Source of the DNA: a candidate division FCPU426 bacterium
GTDB taxonomy: Bacteria > Oederibacteriota > Muellerivitia > Muellerivitales > Muellerivitaceae
Direction of reading: 5' to 3'
NCBI GenBank assembly: GCA_963738405.1
Contig: CAVTWJ010000009.1
Location: 288,001-352,000, forward strand
Length of the DNA stretch: 64,000 nt
Position numbers and translations under genes: made by a program. Under the pieces are notes generated by a model. That model ran no database searches. It was given only the letters and a program-made list of their open reading frames with translations, and was not told the DNA's origin. Of the stretch, positions 11,149 through 20,638 are shown one piece after another; position 1 is the stretch's first letter, and every line of letters starts with the position of its first letter.

Positions 11149-14130
11149 ATGGTGTTGAAACTCAAGCGAACCATCCTGTTTCTGGCCGTCTCCTTCGCCC
11201 TGGTTTTGGGCGGGGCGGGGCATTCCATCGCCCAAACCCTTCCGGCTACCATCACGGTGAATGCGGCCTCGACCATCACCTCTTTCGCGCCCTTGAGCAT
11301 GTTCGGCAACAATACCGCCTATTGGGTCAGCCAGACCAATAATTACGCGGTCAGCACCCTGGTGAACCAGTCGGGCGACGATTTTTTGCGTTATCCCGGC
11401 GGGTCCTCCTCTGACACCTACCATTGGAACAACACCGGGTCATTTGACGCCAACAACCATTGGGTCCCCAGCGGCACCACCTATACCTCGGGCTTTGACG
11501 CCAACCAACTCTATGTGGGAACTACCGGTTCCAACGGCAGCGCCGAGTTTCCCTATTCCTACATCACCGATGGAAACACCCTCACGCGCTGGCTTTCCAA
11601 CTCGGATACCAATTTTCCAACCCATCAATGGGCTCAGATTGACTTGACCGGAACCAACAGCACGGTCAATGTCAGCGCGGTCAGCATCATCTGGGGAAAT
11701 CCCTACGCCACTTCCTTTGAGGTTCAATACTGGAACGCGTCCAACACCGTCATCCCCTATCAGGTCAACAGCGAGTCAAGCTGGGTGGATTTCGCGGGGG
11801 GAAACATTACCGGAGCCGCGGGGGGAACCACCTCCATCACCTTCACGACGGCCCACGCCGCCCGCTACATCCGCATCCTGATGACCGCCAGTTCAGCGGG
11901 GGCAGGGGGAGCCTATTCGATCGCCGAGGCCTACGCCCTCAACGGGGCCAGCTTGATTGGAAGCAATACGAATTCGACCTCCCAAAACAAGGTGGTCGTA
12001 TCCAGCGTGGACCCTGCCTCCTCCAAGCGTTACCAAGCCTCTCCCCCAGGCTCGACCGATTTCACTTCTTTCATGAACTACGCGCATTCCTTTTCGCCCG
12101 TGGCCGTGCCCCTCATTACCGTCAACTTCGGGACGGGAACGCCCTCGGAAGCGGCCAGCTGGGTCTATTACGCCAACATGACAGCCCATCCCAATTACCC
12201 CTCCGGTTACGGCATTAAGTATTGGCAAATCGGTAATGAAATGGACGGCATCTGGGAATGCGGGGGACCAATCCGCGCGGACGATTACGCCTACCGTTTC
12301 ACCGAGTATTACAACGCCATGACCGCTGTGGACCCTTCCATTATTATCACGGGCCCTATTTCCGGAGGCCCAGGGGATTCCTCCAATGCCTATGACGGCA
12401 AAACCTTTATCCAAACTTTCCTTTTGGCCCTCAACACCCTCGGGGCGACCGCCGATCTGGGCGCTTTGGATTACCATTGGTACCCCTACTGGCAGGCTTC
12501 TAGCGCGGTGACCGAGCTCTCGATGCCTTCCCAGGTTTCCGCCTTCGCGGTCACCCTCGCCAACTGGGAGACGGCGGCAAGCGTCAGCACAACCCTCCCG
12601 GTCATCATGAGCGAATACAACATCAGCGCGGGTACGCCCCTGATGATGAATCAGCTTTCCACCGGCCTTTGGCTGGTGAATTGGCTGGGCGAGTTCATTC
12701 ATTACTTCGGGCCGGGCGGCCATACCAACCTTTGGGACACCATGAACGGCTCCACCGACACCACCAATAACACCACCGGCGACCAGGGCTATTTGCAGGT
12801 GGAATCGGGAACCTACCAGTACCAACAGCGGGCGAACTATTGGGCCATGCAAATGATGGCCACCGAGTGGGCCATCAACGGCGACTCCAATACCCACGAA
12901 CTGGTCTCGGCAGCCAGCTCCGCGGCGACCCTGGCCTGCTACGCCGATTACCGGCCGGACGGGATCGTGTCCCTAATCGTGGTGAACAAGGATGTCACTA
13001 ACAGCTATGCCACCAACCTCAATGTGGGCCCTTTTGTCCCCAATGCCACCGCCAATAGCTGGACCTTTGACAGCTCCCATTACGCCTGGGAAACCACCAC
13101 CTCCCCCTATCACGCCAGCCCGGACACGGCGCCCACGGCCGGGACGATCACCAATGCCGCTTCCTCTTTCCCCATCACCTTCGGGCCCTATTCCATCAAT
13201 GTCATCCAATTCACCAATTCGGGACTGCCTACTAATACCCAGACCCCCACCAAGACTGCCACTTCTAGCTTCACCGCGACCCCGACCAAAACCCCAACCA
13301 ATACCCCCACTCCCAGTAACACCCCCACTTTCTCGCCGACCCCCACGCCGAGCAACACTCCCACTGTCACTAACTCGCCCACCCCTTCCCCCACCCCCAC
13401 ATGGACTGGAACCCCGACTTCCTCCTTTACACCCACCAACACCGGCATGCCGACGGATACCTCCACCTCCTCCCCGACGGGGACGCCTACCGGGACCCCG
13501 ACTTCCTCCAGCACGCCTACCCCGACCCTCACCGACACTCCGACGGTCACCTCGACTCCTACCAATACCTCTTGCATGGACGGCTTTGGTAATACCTGCA
13601 CCTATACCGCAACATCCACAGCAACCTCCACCTCCACGGCTACCGGCACCCCTACCCCCACTTGGACCCTCACGTCTACCGGCACCCCAACCTGGACGGG
13701 GACGTCCACCTCCACCCCCACTTCCACGGCCACTTCGATTAATACATCCACTGGAACGCCGACTTCCACTGGTACGCCTACCCTTTCCCCGACGCCTACC
13801 CGAACCACCACCCCGACCTCGACGGTGAATGCCACCTCCACCCCGGTTCTCACCGGGATATTCCCCAACCCGGTTTTGGATGGATCACCCATCCGCGTCG
13901 CGTACAACACCGACCTGTCGGCCAGCCAGGTAGAACTAAAAATCTATTCGCTCGCCTTCCGGAAAATTTATGAGGATGACAAACTATCCACCGCTCCCGG
14001 GAGCCAGATCTACACACTCGATATGAACAAGTTAGGCCATATTTCCAACGGGCTTTATTACGTGGTGGTTTACGTTAATTACAGCGGGGCGGTGAACCGG
14101 CAGGTGATGAAGATGCTAATCCTGCGGTAA
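11149..14130 (+). CDS. Secreted clan GH-A glycoside hydrolase (GH44/51/79-like) with inserted discoidin (F5/8 type C/CBM32-like) domain, long Pro/Thr linker and C-terminal sorting-like domain
   Basis: Signal peptide, LRYPGGSSSDTYHW, ITVNFG, YWQIGNE (acid/base), DYHWYP, MSEYN (nucleophile), ~200-aa TP linker, FPNP...NGLYY...MKMLILR. Confidence 0.78.
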   Translation: MVLKLKRTILFLAVSFALVLGGAGHSIAQTLPATITVNAASTITSFAPLSMFGNNTAYWVSQTNNYAVSTLVNQSGDDFLRYPGGSSSDTYHWNNTGSFDANNHWVPSGTTYTSGFDANQLYVGTTGSNGSAEFPYSYITDGNTLTRWLSNSDTNFPTHQWAQIDLTGTNSTVNVSAVSIIWGNPYATSFEVQYWNASNTVIPYQVNSESSWVDFAGGNITGAAGGTTSITFTTAHAARYIRILMTASSAGAGGAYSIAEAYALNGASLIGSNTNSTSQNKVVVSSVDPASSKRYQASPPGSTDFTSFMNYAHSFSPVAVPLITVNFGTGTPSEAASWVYYANMTAHPNYPSGYGIKYWQIGNEMDGIWECGGPIRADDYAYRFTEYYNAMTAVDPSIIITGPISGGPGDSSNAYDGKTFIQTFLLALNTLGATADLGALDYHWYPYWQASSAVTELSMPSQVSAFAVTLANWETAASVSTTLPVIMSEYNISAGTPLMMNQLSTGLWLVNWLGEFIHYFGPGGHTNLWDTMNGSTDTTNNTTGDQGYLQVESGTYQYQQRANYWAMQMMATEWAINGDSNTHELVSAASSAATLACYADYRPDGIVSLIVVNKDVTNSYATNLNVGPFVPNATANSWTFDSSHYAWETTTSPYHASPDTAPTAGTITNAASSFPITFGPYSINVIQFTNSGLPTNTQTPTKTATSSFTATPTKTPTNTPTPSNTPTFSPTPTPSNTPTVTNSPTPSPTPTWTGTPTSSFTPTNTGMPTDTSTSSPTGTPTGTPTSSSTPTPTLTDTPTVTSTPTNTSCMDGFGNTCTYTATSTATSTSTATGTPTPTWTLTSTGTPTWTGTSTSTPTSTATSINTSTGTPTSTGTPTLSPTPTRTTTPTSTVNATSTPVLTGIFPNPVLDGSPIRVAYNTDLSASQVELKIYSLAFRKIYEDDKLSTAPGSQIYTLDMNKLGHISNGLYYVVVYVNYSGAVNRQVMKMLILR

Positions 14131-14266
14131 AGTCTTACCCAAAACCTTCTTTTCCTTAAAAACGACACTCTCCCCGGCTCCACCCGTCTAATCCAAGCTT
14201 CCTTAGCCCTCGAAAATGGTAAGCTTTGAGGGAATACCTCATTTTTATCCGATATCAAAGGTCTCC

Positions 14267-17200
14267 ATGCCGACCCGCGCGTCCAACCGACATTTTCTTC
14301 GAGCCGCACTTTCGGGGTTTGCCCTTGGGGCTGCCCTTCTGCCCGCAATCCTCCCGGCCCAAACGGCGCCGGTCACCCTCACCCTCAACGCCGCATCCAC
14401 CCTCACCTCCTTTTACCCCATCAGCATCTTCGGCAATAACACCGCCTATTGGATCCACAAGTCGGACAATATGAACACCCAGCCCCTGGTTCAGGCGGCC
14501 GGAAACTTCTTTTTGCGGTATCCGGGCGGCTCCTCCTCGGATGATTACCATTGGAATGGGACCGGAACCTTCAACCCTGGAACCACCCCCGGTTCCAGCT
14601 ATTGGACGCCCGATAACACCACCTATACGCCCGGGTTCGTGGGATACGAAACCTACCGGGGAACCACCTCTTCCTATGGAACACCTTCCCAGGTGACGGA
14701 CGGAAATACCTCCACCGCCTGGGTTTCCAACGCCGATACCAATCTTCCCAATCACCAGTGGGTGGAACTCGATTTGACTGGCAGCGCGGGCGCTGGTTTT
14801 CCCGCGAACGCCGTTACCCAAATAAATGCCGTGACTATCATTTGGGGCACGCCTTCCGCGGCGACGTTTCAAGTTCAATATTGGAATGGTCAGAATTGGT
14901 ATCCTGAACCCTATATGCGCTCCCCCGAATATGGGGCGTCTGGTTGGGCGACCGTTTCAGCCGGGACATTAACCGGGAGTGGGGATGGAACCACCCAGGG
15001 TGTTACCTTCAACACCGTTTCAGCTGAAAATGTACGTATTCTTTTAACTTCCAGCACCGCGGGGGCGGGCGGGGCCTATTCCATCGCCGAACTTTACGTC
15101 AATGGGCCCTCGGGCCAGGTGAGCAAAAACACCGCCGCCAACACGAACAATTCGCCCAACCAGACCTGGGTGGTGGCTTCCTCCACCGACCCTTCCGGTA
15201 CCTTCAACAACAGCCCCGACTTCAATTTCGAGGATTATATGTCTTATGTTCACTCCTTCTCCCCAACCGCCATCCCCCTCATCACCGTCAACTTCGGCAC
15301 CGGCACCGCCCAGGAAGCCGCGGCCTGGGTGCATTACGCCAATGGGGTGAAGGGCTACGGCATCAAGTACTGGCAAATCGGCAACGAAACCGAGGGGGCC
15401 TGGGAAACGGGCGGGCCCATCAACACCCAGGATTACGTGAAGCGGTATATCGAGTATTTCGACGCGATGAGGGCGGAAGATTCCTCCATCATCATCACCG
15501 GTCCCGTCTCGGGGAGCTTTCTCGATTCCTCGAACAATTATGATTACAACAGCGCGGTCCAGGACTTCATCGCCATGGCCGCCGCCGCCGGGGTCAGCCT
15601 CCACGGAAACGCCAATTACTATGTGGACGCGATTGATTACCACTGGTATCCCAACTATGGCTCCTACCCGGCCGCCCAAGCTTTGACCAGCACGGGCTCG
15701 CTGGATTCCTATCCCGTTTCCATCAATAACTGGCTGACCACGGCCGGGGTGAATACCAACATTCCGGTCCTCATGAGTGAGTTCAACTCGGACCCCTCCG
15801 ATTACAATTTTCAGGTGGGTTTAGGGGATGGTCTTTGGGTGGCGGACGCCTTGGGCCATTTCATTAAAGCCTTCGGGCCGAGGGGTTTTTGCAACCTGTG
15901 GGACGTGTTGAACGGCGGTTCCGGAACCACCAACGCCTCGGGCGGGGACCTGGGCTACCTCAACGTGGCCAACGACGGCCACCAGTACCAGCCGCGCGCC
16001 ACCTATTGGGCCATGAAGATGATGACCAACGATTGGGCCATCCCGGGCGACGCCAACAGCCACCAACTGGTTCAAACCTCCACCAACAGCGAGCCCAATA
16101 CCCTCTTGGCCGCCTATTCGGATTACCGGCCTGACGGCGTGCTGTCCCTGGCGGTCGTGAACAAGGACCCGGTGACGGTGTTTGACGCGGTGGTGAGCGT
16201 GGGGCCTTTTGCGGCCAACAACACGGCCAACGGCTGGACCTTTAATTCCACCAACTATCAATGGGTCAATACAGGCGCGACCCCCTATCATGCCTCGCCT
16301 GATACGGCCCCTACCGCCTTCACCGCCTCAGGGTCGGGCGGCGCCTTCCCGGTGACCTTCCAGCCCTATTCGATCACGGTCTTGCAGTTCACCAACTCCG
16401 GGCTGCCCACCAATACCCCCACCGTGACCTTCACGGTCACCTCCACCCCGACCTCCACCCCCACGCCCAACTATGGGCCCCTGACATTGGTTGATAATTT
16501 CGAGGACCTGACACGGGACGGAGTCGCGCCCGCCCGAACCGACCTTTGGAACGGCACCTGGACGATCTCCGCGGCGGCCAACAGCGGCATCACGGTGCAA
16601 TATGGTGTTTCCCCTGGCGCGGCGGGCACGAACCACGCAGTCAGCCTCCACGGCAACATCGGGACGGCGGGCGGAAACGGCTGGTCCAATTACACGGGGC
16701 CCCTCAGCCAGTGGCCCCTCACGGCTTACAATTTGAGTGGTTCAGGGATCGTCGGTCTGGAGTTTTGGTTCTACGGCGATGGGGCCACCTACCGGGTCAC
16801 CGTGCCCAGCCAGGCTGTGACCGATTACGATTATTACGGCTACCAGATCACCCCGAAGGCGGGGCAATGGACCTTTTACCAGATTCCCTTTTCGATGATG
16901 GCAAGACAGGGATGGGGAGCGCAGACGGGCCTCCCGGCTAATTTTCCCGGCACCGACGCCACTGAAATCCAATTCTCAACCCAAGCCACGGGGGCTTTCA
17001 GCTATCAGATTGACGAGATCGGCTTTTACTCCGCCTCGGGGTTTTCTCCCACCCTGACCCCCACGGCGACTTGGACCAAAACCGCCACCCCGTCCGGAAC
17101 CCCTACCCCCACCATCACCCTCTCCCCCACGCCCACCCAAACGCCTATTTTTACCAACACCGATACCGCCACGCCTTCCTCAACCCCAACCCTTACGCCC

Positions 17201-17599
17201 ATTCCCACATTGACCCCGACCCCTACGCCCACCCCCACGGCTTCTCCCACTTTTACTTCCACCCCAACCTATACCCTTTCCCCCACCATCACCCTGACTC
17301 CAACCGCGACGATCACAAACTTTTATGTTGTTTATCCCAACCCTAGCGACGGGCAAACGCCCTTGAAAGCGGCCTACTCCACCACCCAACCCACGGATCA
17401 GATACGGGCCAAACTTTATTCAGTGGCTTACCGCAAAATTTATGAAAACGATGGCCTGGACCCTTCCCAGGGCGTCCATGTGGCGGTTTTGGATGTGAGC
17501 GGGGCCAAGTTATCCAACGGGCTCTATTACCTGGTGCTGGAATGGAAATCGGGCAGCCAAATCACCCGTCAAATCATGAAAGTCCTTATTCTTAGGTAG
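14267..17599 (+). CDS. Paralogous secreted clan GH-A hydrolase with discoidin insert, CBM11/CIA30-like module, Pro/Thr linker and C-terminal sorting-like domain
   Basis: LRYPGGSSSDDYHW, YWQIGNE, MSEFN; LVDNFED...GLEFWFYGDG...WTFYQIPFS...QIDEIGFY module; YPNP...NGLYY...MKVLILR; start placed at ATG 14267. Confidence 0.78.
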   Translation: MPTRASNRHFLRAALSGFALGAALLPAILPAQTAPVTLTLNAASTLTSFYPISIFGNNTAYWIHKSDNMNTQPLVQAAGNFFLRYPGGSSSDDYHWNGTGTFNPGTTPGSSYWTPDNTTYTPGFVGYETYRGTTSSYGTPSQVTDGNTSTAWVSNADTNLPNHQWVELDLTGSAGAGFPANAVTQINAVTIIWGTPSAATFQVQYWNGQNWYPEPYMRSPEYGASGWATVSAGTLTGSGDGTTQGVTFNTVSAENVRILLTSSTAGAGGAYSIAELYVNGPSGQVSKNTAANTNNSPNQTWVVASSTDPSGTFNNSPDFNFEDYMSYVHSFSPTAIPLITVNFGTGTAQEAAAWVHYANGVKGYGIKYWQIGNETEGAWETGGPINTQDYVKRYIEYFDAMRAEDSSIIITGPVSGSFLDSSNNYDYNSAVQDFIAMAAAAGVSLHGNANYYVDAIDYHWYPNYGSYPAAQALTSTGSLDSYPVSINNWLTTAGVNTNIPVLMSEFNSDPSDYNFQVGLGDGLWVADALGHFIKAFGPRGFCNLWDVLNGGSGTTNASGGDLGYLNVANDGHQYQPRATYWAMKMMTNDWAIPGDANSHQLVQTSTNSEPNTLLAAYSDYRPDGVLSLAVVNKDPVTVFDAVVSVGPFAANNTANGWTFNSTNYQWVNTGATPYHASPDTAPTAFTASGSGGAFPVTFQPYSITVLQFTNSGLPTNTPTVTFTVTSTPTSTPTPNYGPLTLVDNFEDLTRDGVAPARTDLWNGTWTISAAANSGITVQYGVSPGAAGTNHAVSLHGNIGTAGGNGWSNYTGPLSQWPLTAYNLSGSGIVGLEFWFYGDGATYRVTVPSQAVTDYDYYGYQITPKAGQWTFYQIPFSMMARQGWGAQTGLPANFPGTDATEIQFSTQATGAFSYQIDEIGFYSASGFSPTLTPTATWTKTATPSGTPTPTITLSPTPTQTPIFTNTDTATPSSTPTLTPIPTLTPTPTPTPTASPTFTSTPTYTLSPTITLTPTATITNFYVVYPNPSDGQTPLKAAYSTTQPTDQIRAKLYSVAYRKIYENDGLDPSQGVHVAVLDVSGAKLSNGLYYLVLEWKSGSQITRQIMKVLILR

Positions 17600-17671
17600 G
17601 TTCCGCCGCCTGGCGCTTCTTGAAACCAATTCTCAACAAGTTTAAGATGCCTTCCTGAAAGGGGAGTTCCC

Positions 17672-18772
17672 ATGTCCGAACAGTTCCACGAAATCAAGCG
17701 CCGCAAAACCCGCCCCGTGATGGTGGGCAAGGTCCAAGTCGGGGGAGACGCCCCCATTACCATCCAATCCATGACCAATACCCATACCTATGATGTTCAG
17801 GAAACCATGGACCAGATCAAACGCCTGGAAGACGCGGGCTGCGAGATTATTCGGGTGACGGTCGAGAGCCAGCAATCCCTAAAAGTTTTGGACAAGATCA
17901 AGGCCAAAATGCGGGTTCCCCTGGTGGCCGACATCCATTTCGCCTATGGCATCGCCCTGGGCGCGGTGGACGCTGGGGCGGATAAAATACGCATTAACCC
18001 CGGCAATATCGGAGGGATGGATCGTTTGGCCCAGGTGGTAGAAAAATGCAAAAAGCACCATGTGGCTATGAGGGTCGGGGTGAATTCCGGCTCTTTAGAA
18101 AAGGACCTACTGGAAAAGCACGGGCATCCCACGCCCGCAGCCATCGTGGAATCGGCCATGCGCCATATTCATTTCATCGAGTCCCTGGGCTACCACGACA
18201 TGATCATCTCCGTTAAAAGCTCCCACGTGCCCACCATGATCGAGTCTTACCGCTTGCTGGCCAAGGAATGCGATTATCCGTTCCACGTCGGAGTTACCGA
18301 GGCTGGCACCAAGATGCAGGGCATTACCAAAAGCGCCGCCGGAATCGGGGCGGTTTTGGCCGATGGTCTGGGCGACACCATAAGAGTTTCACTCACTGCC
18401 GACCCGGTCGAGGAAGTGAAGGTTGCCACCCATTTGCTACGCTCCATGGGCTTCCGCAAGGAAGGCGTGGATATCGTGGCCTGCCCCACCTGCGGGCGCT
18501 GTCACGTGGATTTGGAATCGATGGTAGACGCGGTAGAAACCGCCACCCTCACCATGAAGACCCCCATGCGGGTGGCCATCATGGGCTGCGTGGTGAACGG
18601 CTTGGGCGAGGGCGCCGAGGCGGACCTTGGCATTTGCTCCGAGAAGGGCCACGGAGTCATCATCGAAAAGGGCGAGATCAAAACCCGTCTGAAGGAAGAG
18701 GAGCTGGTGCCCCACTTGATCGGCGAGATCAAGAAAAGGGCCGCGGAGATGGAAAAAGCCAAGACTTCCTAA
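17672..18772 (+). CDS. ispG: (E)-4-hydroxy-3-methylbut-2-enyl-diphosphate synthase
   Basis: IQSMTNT, PLVADIHF, RINPGN, RVGVNSGS, GVTEAG, CPTCGR, MGCVVNG. Confidence 0.96.
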   Translation: MSEQFHEIKRRKTRPVMVGKVQVGGDAPITIQSMTNTHTYDVQETMDQIKRLEDAGCEIIRVTVESQQSLKVLDKIKAKMRVPLVADIHFAYGIALGAVDAGADKIRINPGNIGGMDRLAQVVEKCKKHHVAMRVGVNSGSLEKDLLEKHGHPTPAAIVESAMRHIHFIESLGYHDMIISVKSSHVPTMIESYRLLAKECDYPFHVGVTEAGTKMQGITKSAAGIGAVLADGLGDTIRVSLTADPVEEVKVATHLLRSMGFRKEGVDIVACPTCGRCHVDLESMVDAVETATLTMKTPMRVAIMGCVVNGLGEGAEADLGICSEKGHGVIIEKGEIKTRLKEEELVPHLIGEIKKRAAEMEKAKTS

Positions 18773-18803
18773 ATACAGTTTTTCCGGTTATATTGCTTCC
18801 ACA

Positions 18804-18833
18804 AAAGGGGCGGGCCGATAGGCTCGCCCCTTT
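18804..18833 (+). terminator. Hairpin or terminator between ispG and proS
   Basis: AAAGGGGCGGGCC-GATA-GGCTCGCCCCTTT. Confidence 0.6.
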
Positions 18834-18869
18834 CGTTATCCGAGCCCTTATTTCAACTGAGGTTTTTTC

Positions 18870-20600
18870 ATGCGAGTGTCCCAGGCCCTGATCCCCACTG
18901 TCAAAGAAACGCCCGGCGAGGCGGAAATCCCCTCCCACAAGCTGATGCTTCGCGCGGGGCTGATGCGAAAAGTCGCCTCCGGCGTCTATGAGTACCTGCC
19001 CTTAGGGTTCAAGTCCATCTTCAAGGTTTCCAATATCATCCGCGAGGAAATGGCCCGGGCCGGGGCGCAGGAAGTGCTGATGCCCATCATGACTCCCGCC
19101 GAATTGTGGCAGGAAACCGGCCGTTGGCAGAAATACGGCAAGGAACTGATGCGTATTAAGGACCGTCACGAGCGGGATTTCGCCCTGGGCCCCACGCATG
19201 AGGAAGTTATCACCGACCTGGTGCGCCGGGAACTGAAGAGCTACAAGCAATTGCCCCAGAACCTTTTTCAGATCGCCACCAAGTTTCGCGACGAGGTGAG
19301 GCCCCGTTTCGGCGTGATGCGTTCCCGCGAATTTTTGATGAAAGACGGATACTCTTTCGACGTGGATGACGCCGCTTCCGATGTCACCTATTGGAAGATG
19401 TACGAAGCCTACAAGCGTATCTTCAAACGATGCGGGTTGGAATTTACCCCCGTCGAGGCTGATTCGGGCTTGATCGGCGGAAGCTTTACCCACGAGTTTA
19501 TGGTTTTGGCCGATAGCGGGGAAGCCGCCATCGCTTGGTGCCCCGCCTGTTCCTATTCAGCCAACATGGAAAAGGCCACAGGCGTACCTTCGCACTCTCC
19601 TGTTGCCCAAGCTACCCCCGAGGCAGCTGTGGCGGTCGATACCCCCGGCAAGTACACGGTAGAAGATGTCGGCGCGCTGCTCAAGCTGCCACCTTCCCAA
19701 TTCATCAAGACCCTCATCTTCCTCGCCGATGGCAAGCCCGTGGCGGTGCTGGTGCGGGGTGATCATGACGTAAACGAAATTAAGGTGAAGAACGCCTTGG
19801 GGGCCACCGAACTTATATTGGCCCCCGCCGAGAAGGTGATGGAAGTCACCGGAGCCCCTGTGGGATTCGCCGGCCCGGTGGGATTGAAGGGCGTCAAGAT
19901 TTTGGCAGATAACGCATTGAAAGATGGGCACGACTACGTAACCGGGGCCTTGGTCAAGGACAAGCATTTGATCCATGTGGAAATCGCGAGGGATTGCGCC
20001 CCACCCTGGTACAACGACTTTCGGTCGATCTCCGAGGGCGACGGCTGCCCCAAGTGCGGGAAACCCCTGAAGATTGTGCGGGGTATTGAAGTAGGACAGA
20101 CCTTCAAGCTGGGCACCAAATATTCCAAGTCCATGCATTGCGTGTACTTGGATGAGAAGATGCAGGAAAAGGAAGCGGTCATGGGCTGCTACGGCATCGG
20201 CGTGACCCGAACCGTGGGGGCCGCCATTGAACAGCACAACGACGCGGAGGGCATTCTCTGGCCCATTTCTATCGCGCCTTACCAGGTTCATCTGCTTTGC
20301 TTGAACCCCGCAGAGGCCGATGTGGCCAAGGCGGCGGACCAATGTTACGAAGACTTAATGAAGGCGGGTTACGAGGTTCTTTATGATGACCGCCCAGACG
20401 CCACCGCTGGGTTCAAATTTAAGGACGCCGATCTGCTGGGTATGCCCCTGTCCGTCCGAGTTGGTTCCCGGGGTCTCAAGGAAGGTTTGATCGAGGTGAA
20501 ACGCCGCCGGGAAAAAGAGCCCGTCAAGGTACCCGTCGCGCAGGTGTTGGAGAAGGTGAAAGAATTCGCCGCTGAAGAATGGAAACTCTGCACGCCTTAA
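18870..20600 (+). CDS. proS: Proline--tRNA ligase (bacterial type with INS editing domain)
   Basis: LGPTHEE, KFRDEVRPRFGVMRSREFLMKD, GIEVGQTFKLGTKYS, MGCYGIG. Confidence 0.97.
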   Translation: MRVSQALIPTVKETPGEAEIPSHKLMLRAGLMRKVASGVYEYLPLGFKSIFKVSNIIREEMARAGAQEVLMPIMTPAELWQETGRWQKYGKELMRIKDRHERDFALGPTHEEVITDLVRRELKSYKQLPQNLFQIATKFRDEVRPRFGVMRSREFLMKDGYSFDVDDAASDVTYWKMYEAYKRIFKRCGLEFTPVEADSGLIGGSFTHEFMVLADSGEAAIAWCPACSYSANMEKATGVPSHSPVAQATPEAAVAVDTPGKYTVEDVGALLKLPPSQFIKTLIFLADGKPVAVLVRGDHDVNEIKVKNALGATELILAPAEKVMEVTGAPVGFAGPVGLKGVKILADNALKDGHDYVTGALVKDKHLIHVEIARDCAPPWYNDFRSISEGDGCPKCGKPLKIVRGIEVGQTFKLGTKYSKSMHCVYLDEKMQEKEAVMGCYGIGVTRTVGAAIEQHNDAEGILWPISIAPYQVHLLCLNPAEADVAKAADQCYEDLMKAGYEVLYDDRPDATAGFKFKDADLLGMPLSVRVGSRGLKEGLIEVKRRREKEPVKVPVAQVLEKVKEFAAEEWKLCTP

Positions 20601-20638
20601 ACCGGCATTTTGATGACAATTCAAGTTAAGGAAAGTTC

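Noticed and set aside
13225..13850. Highly repetitive C/A-rich DNA (also ~17040-17320) with Pro-rich and Val/Gly-rich alternative ORFs
   Set aside because: Explained by Thr/Pro linker codons; there is no fixed repeat-spacer unit, so it is not a CRISPR array or a separate gene
18773..18869. Possible T-box leader upstream of proS
   Set aside because: The intergenic region is under 100 nt and no T-box consensus is visible
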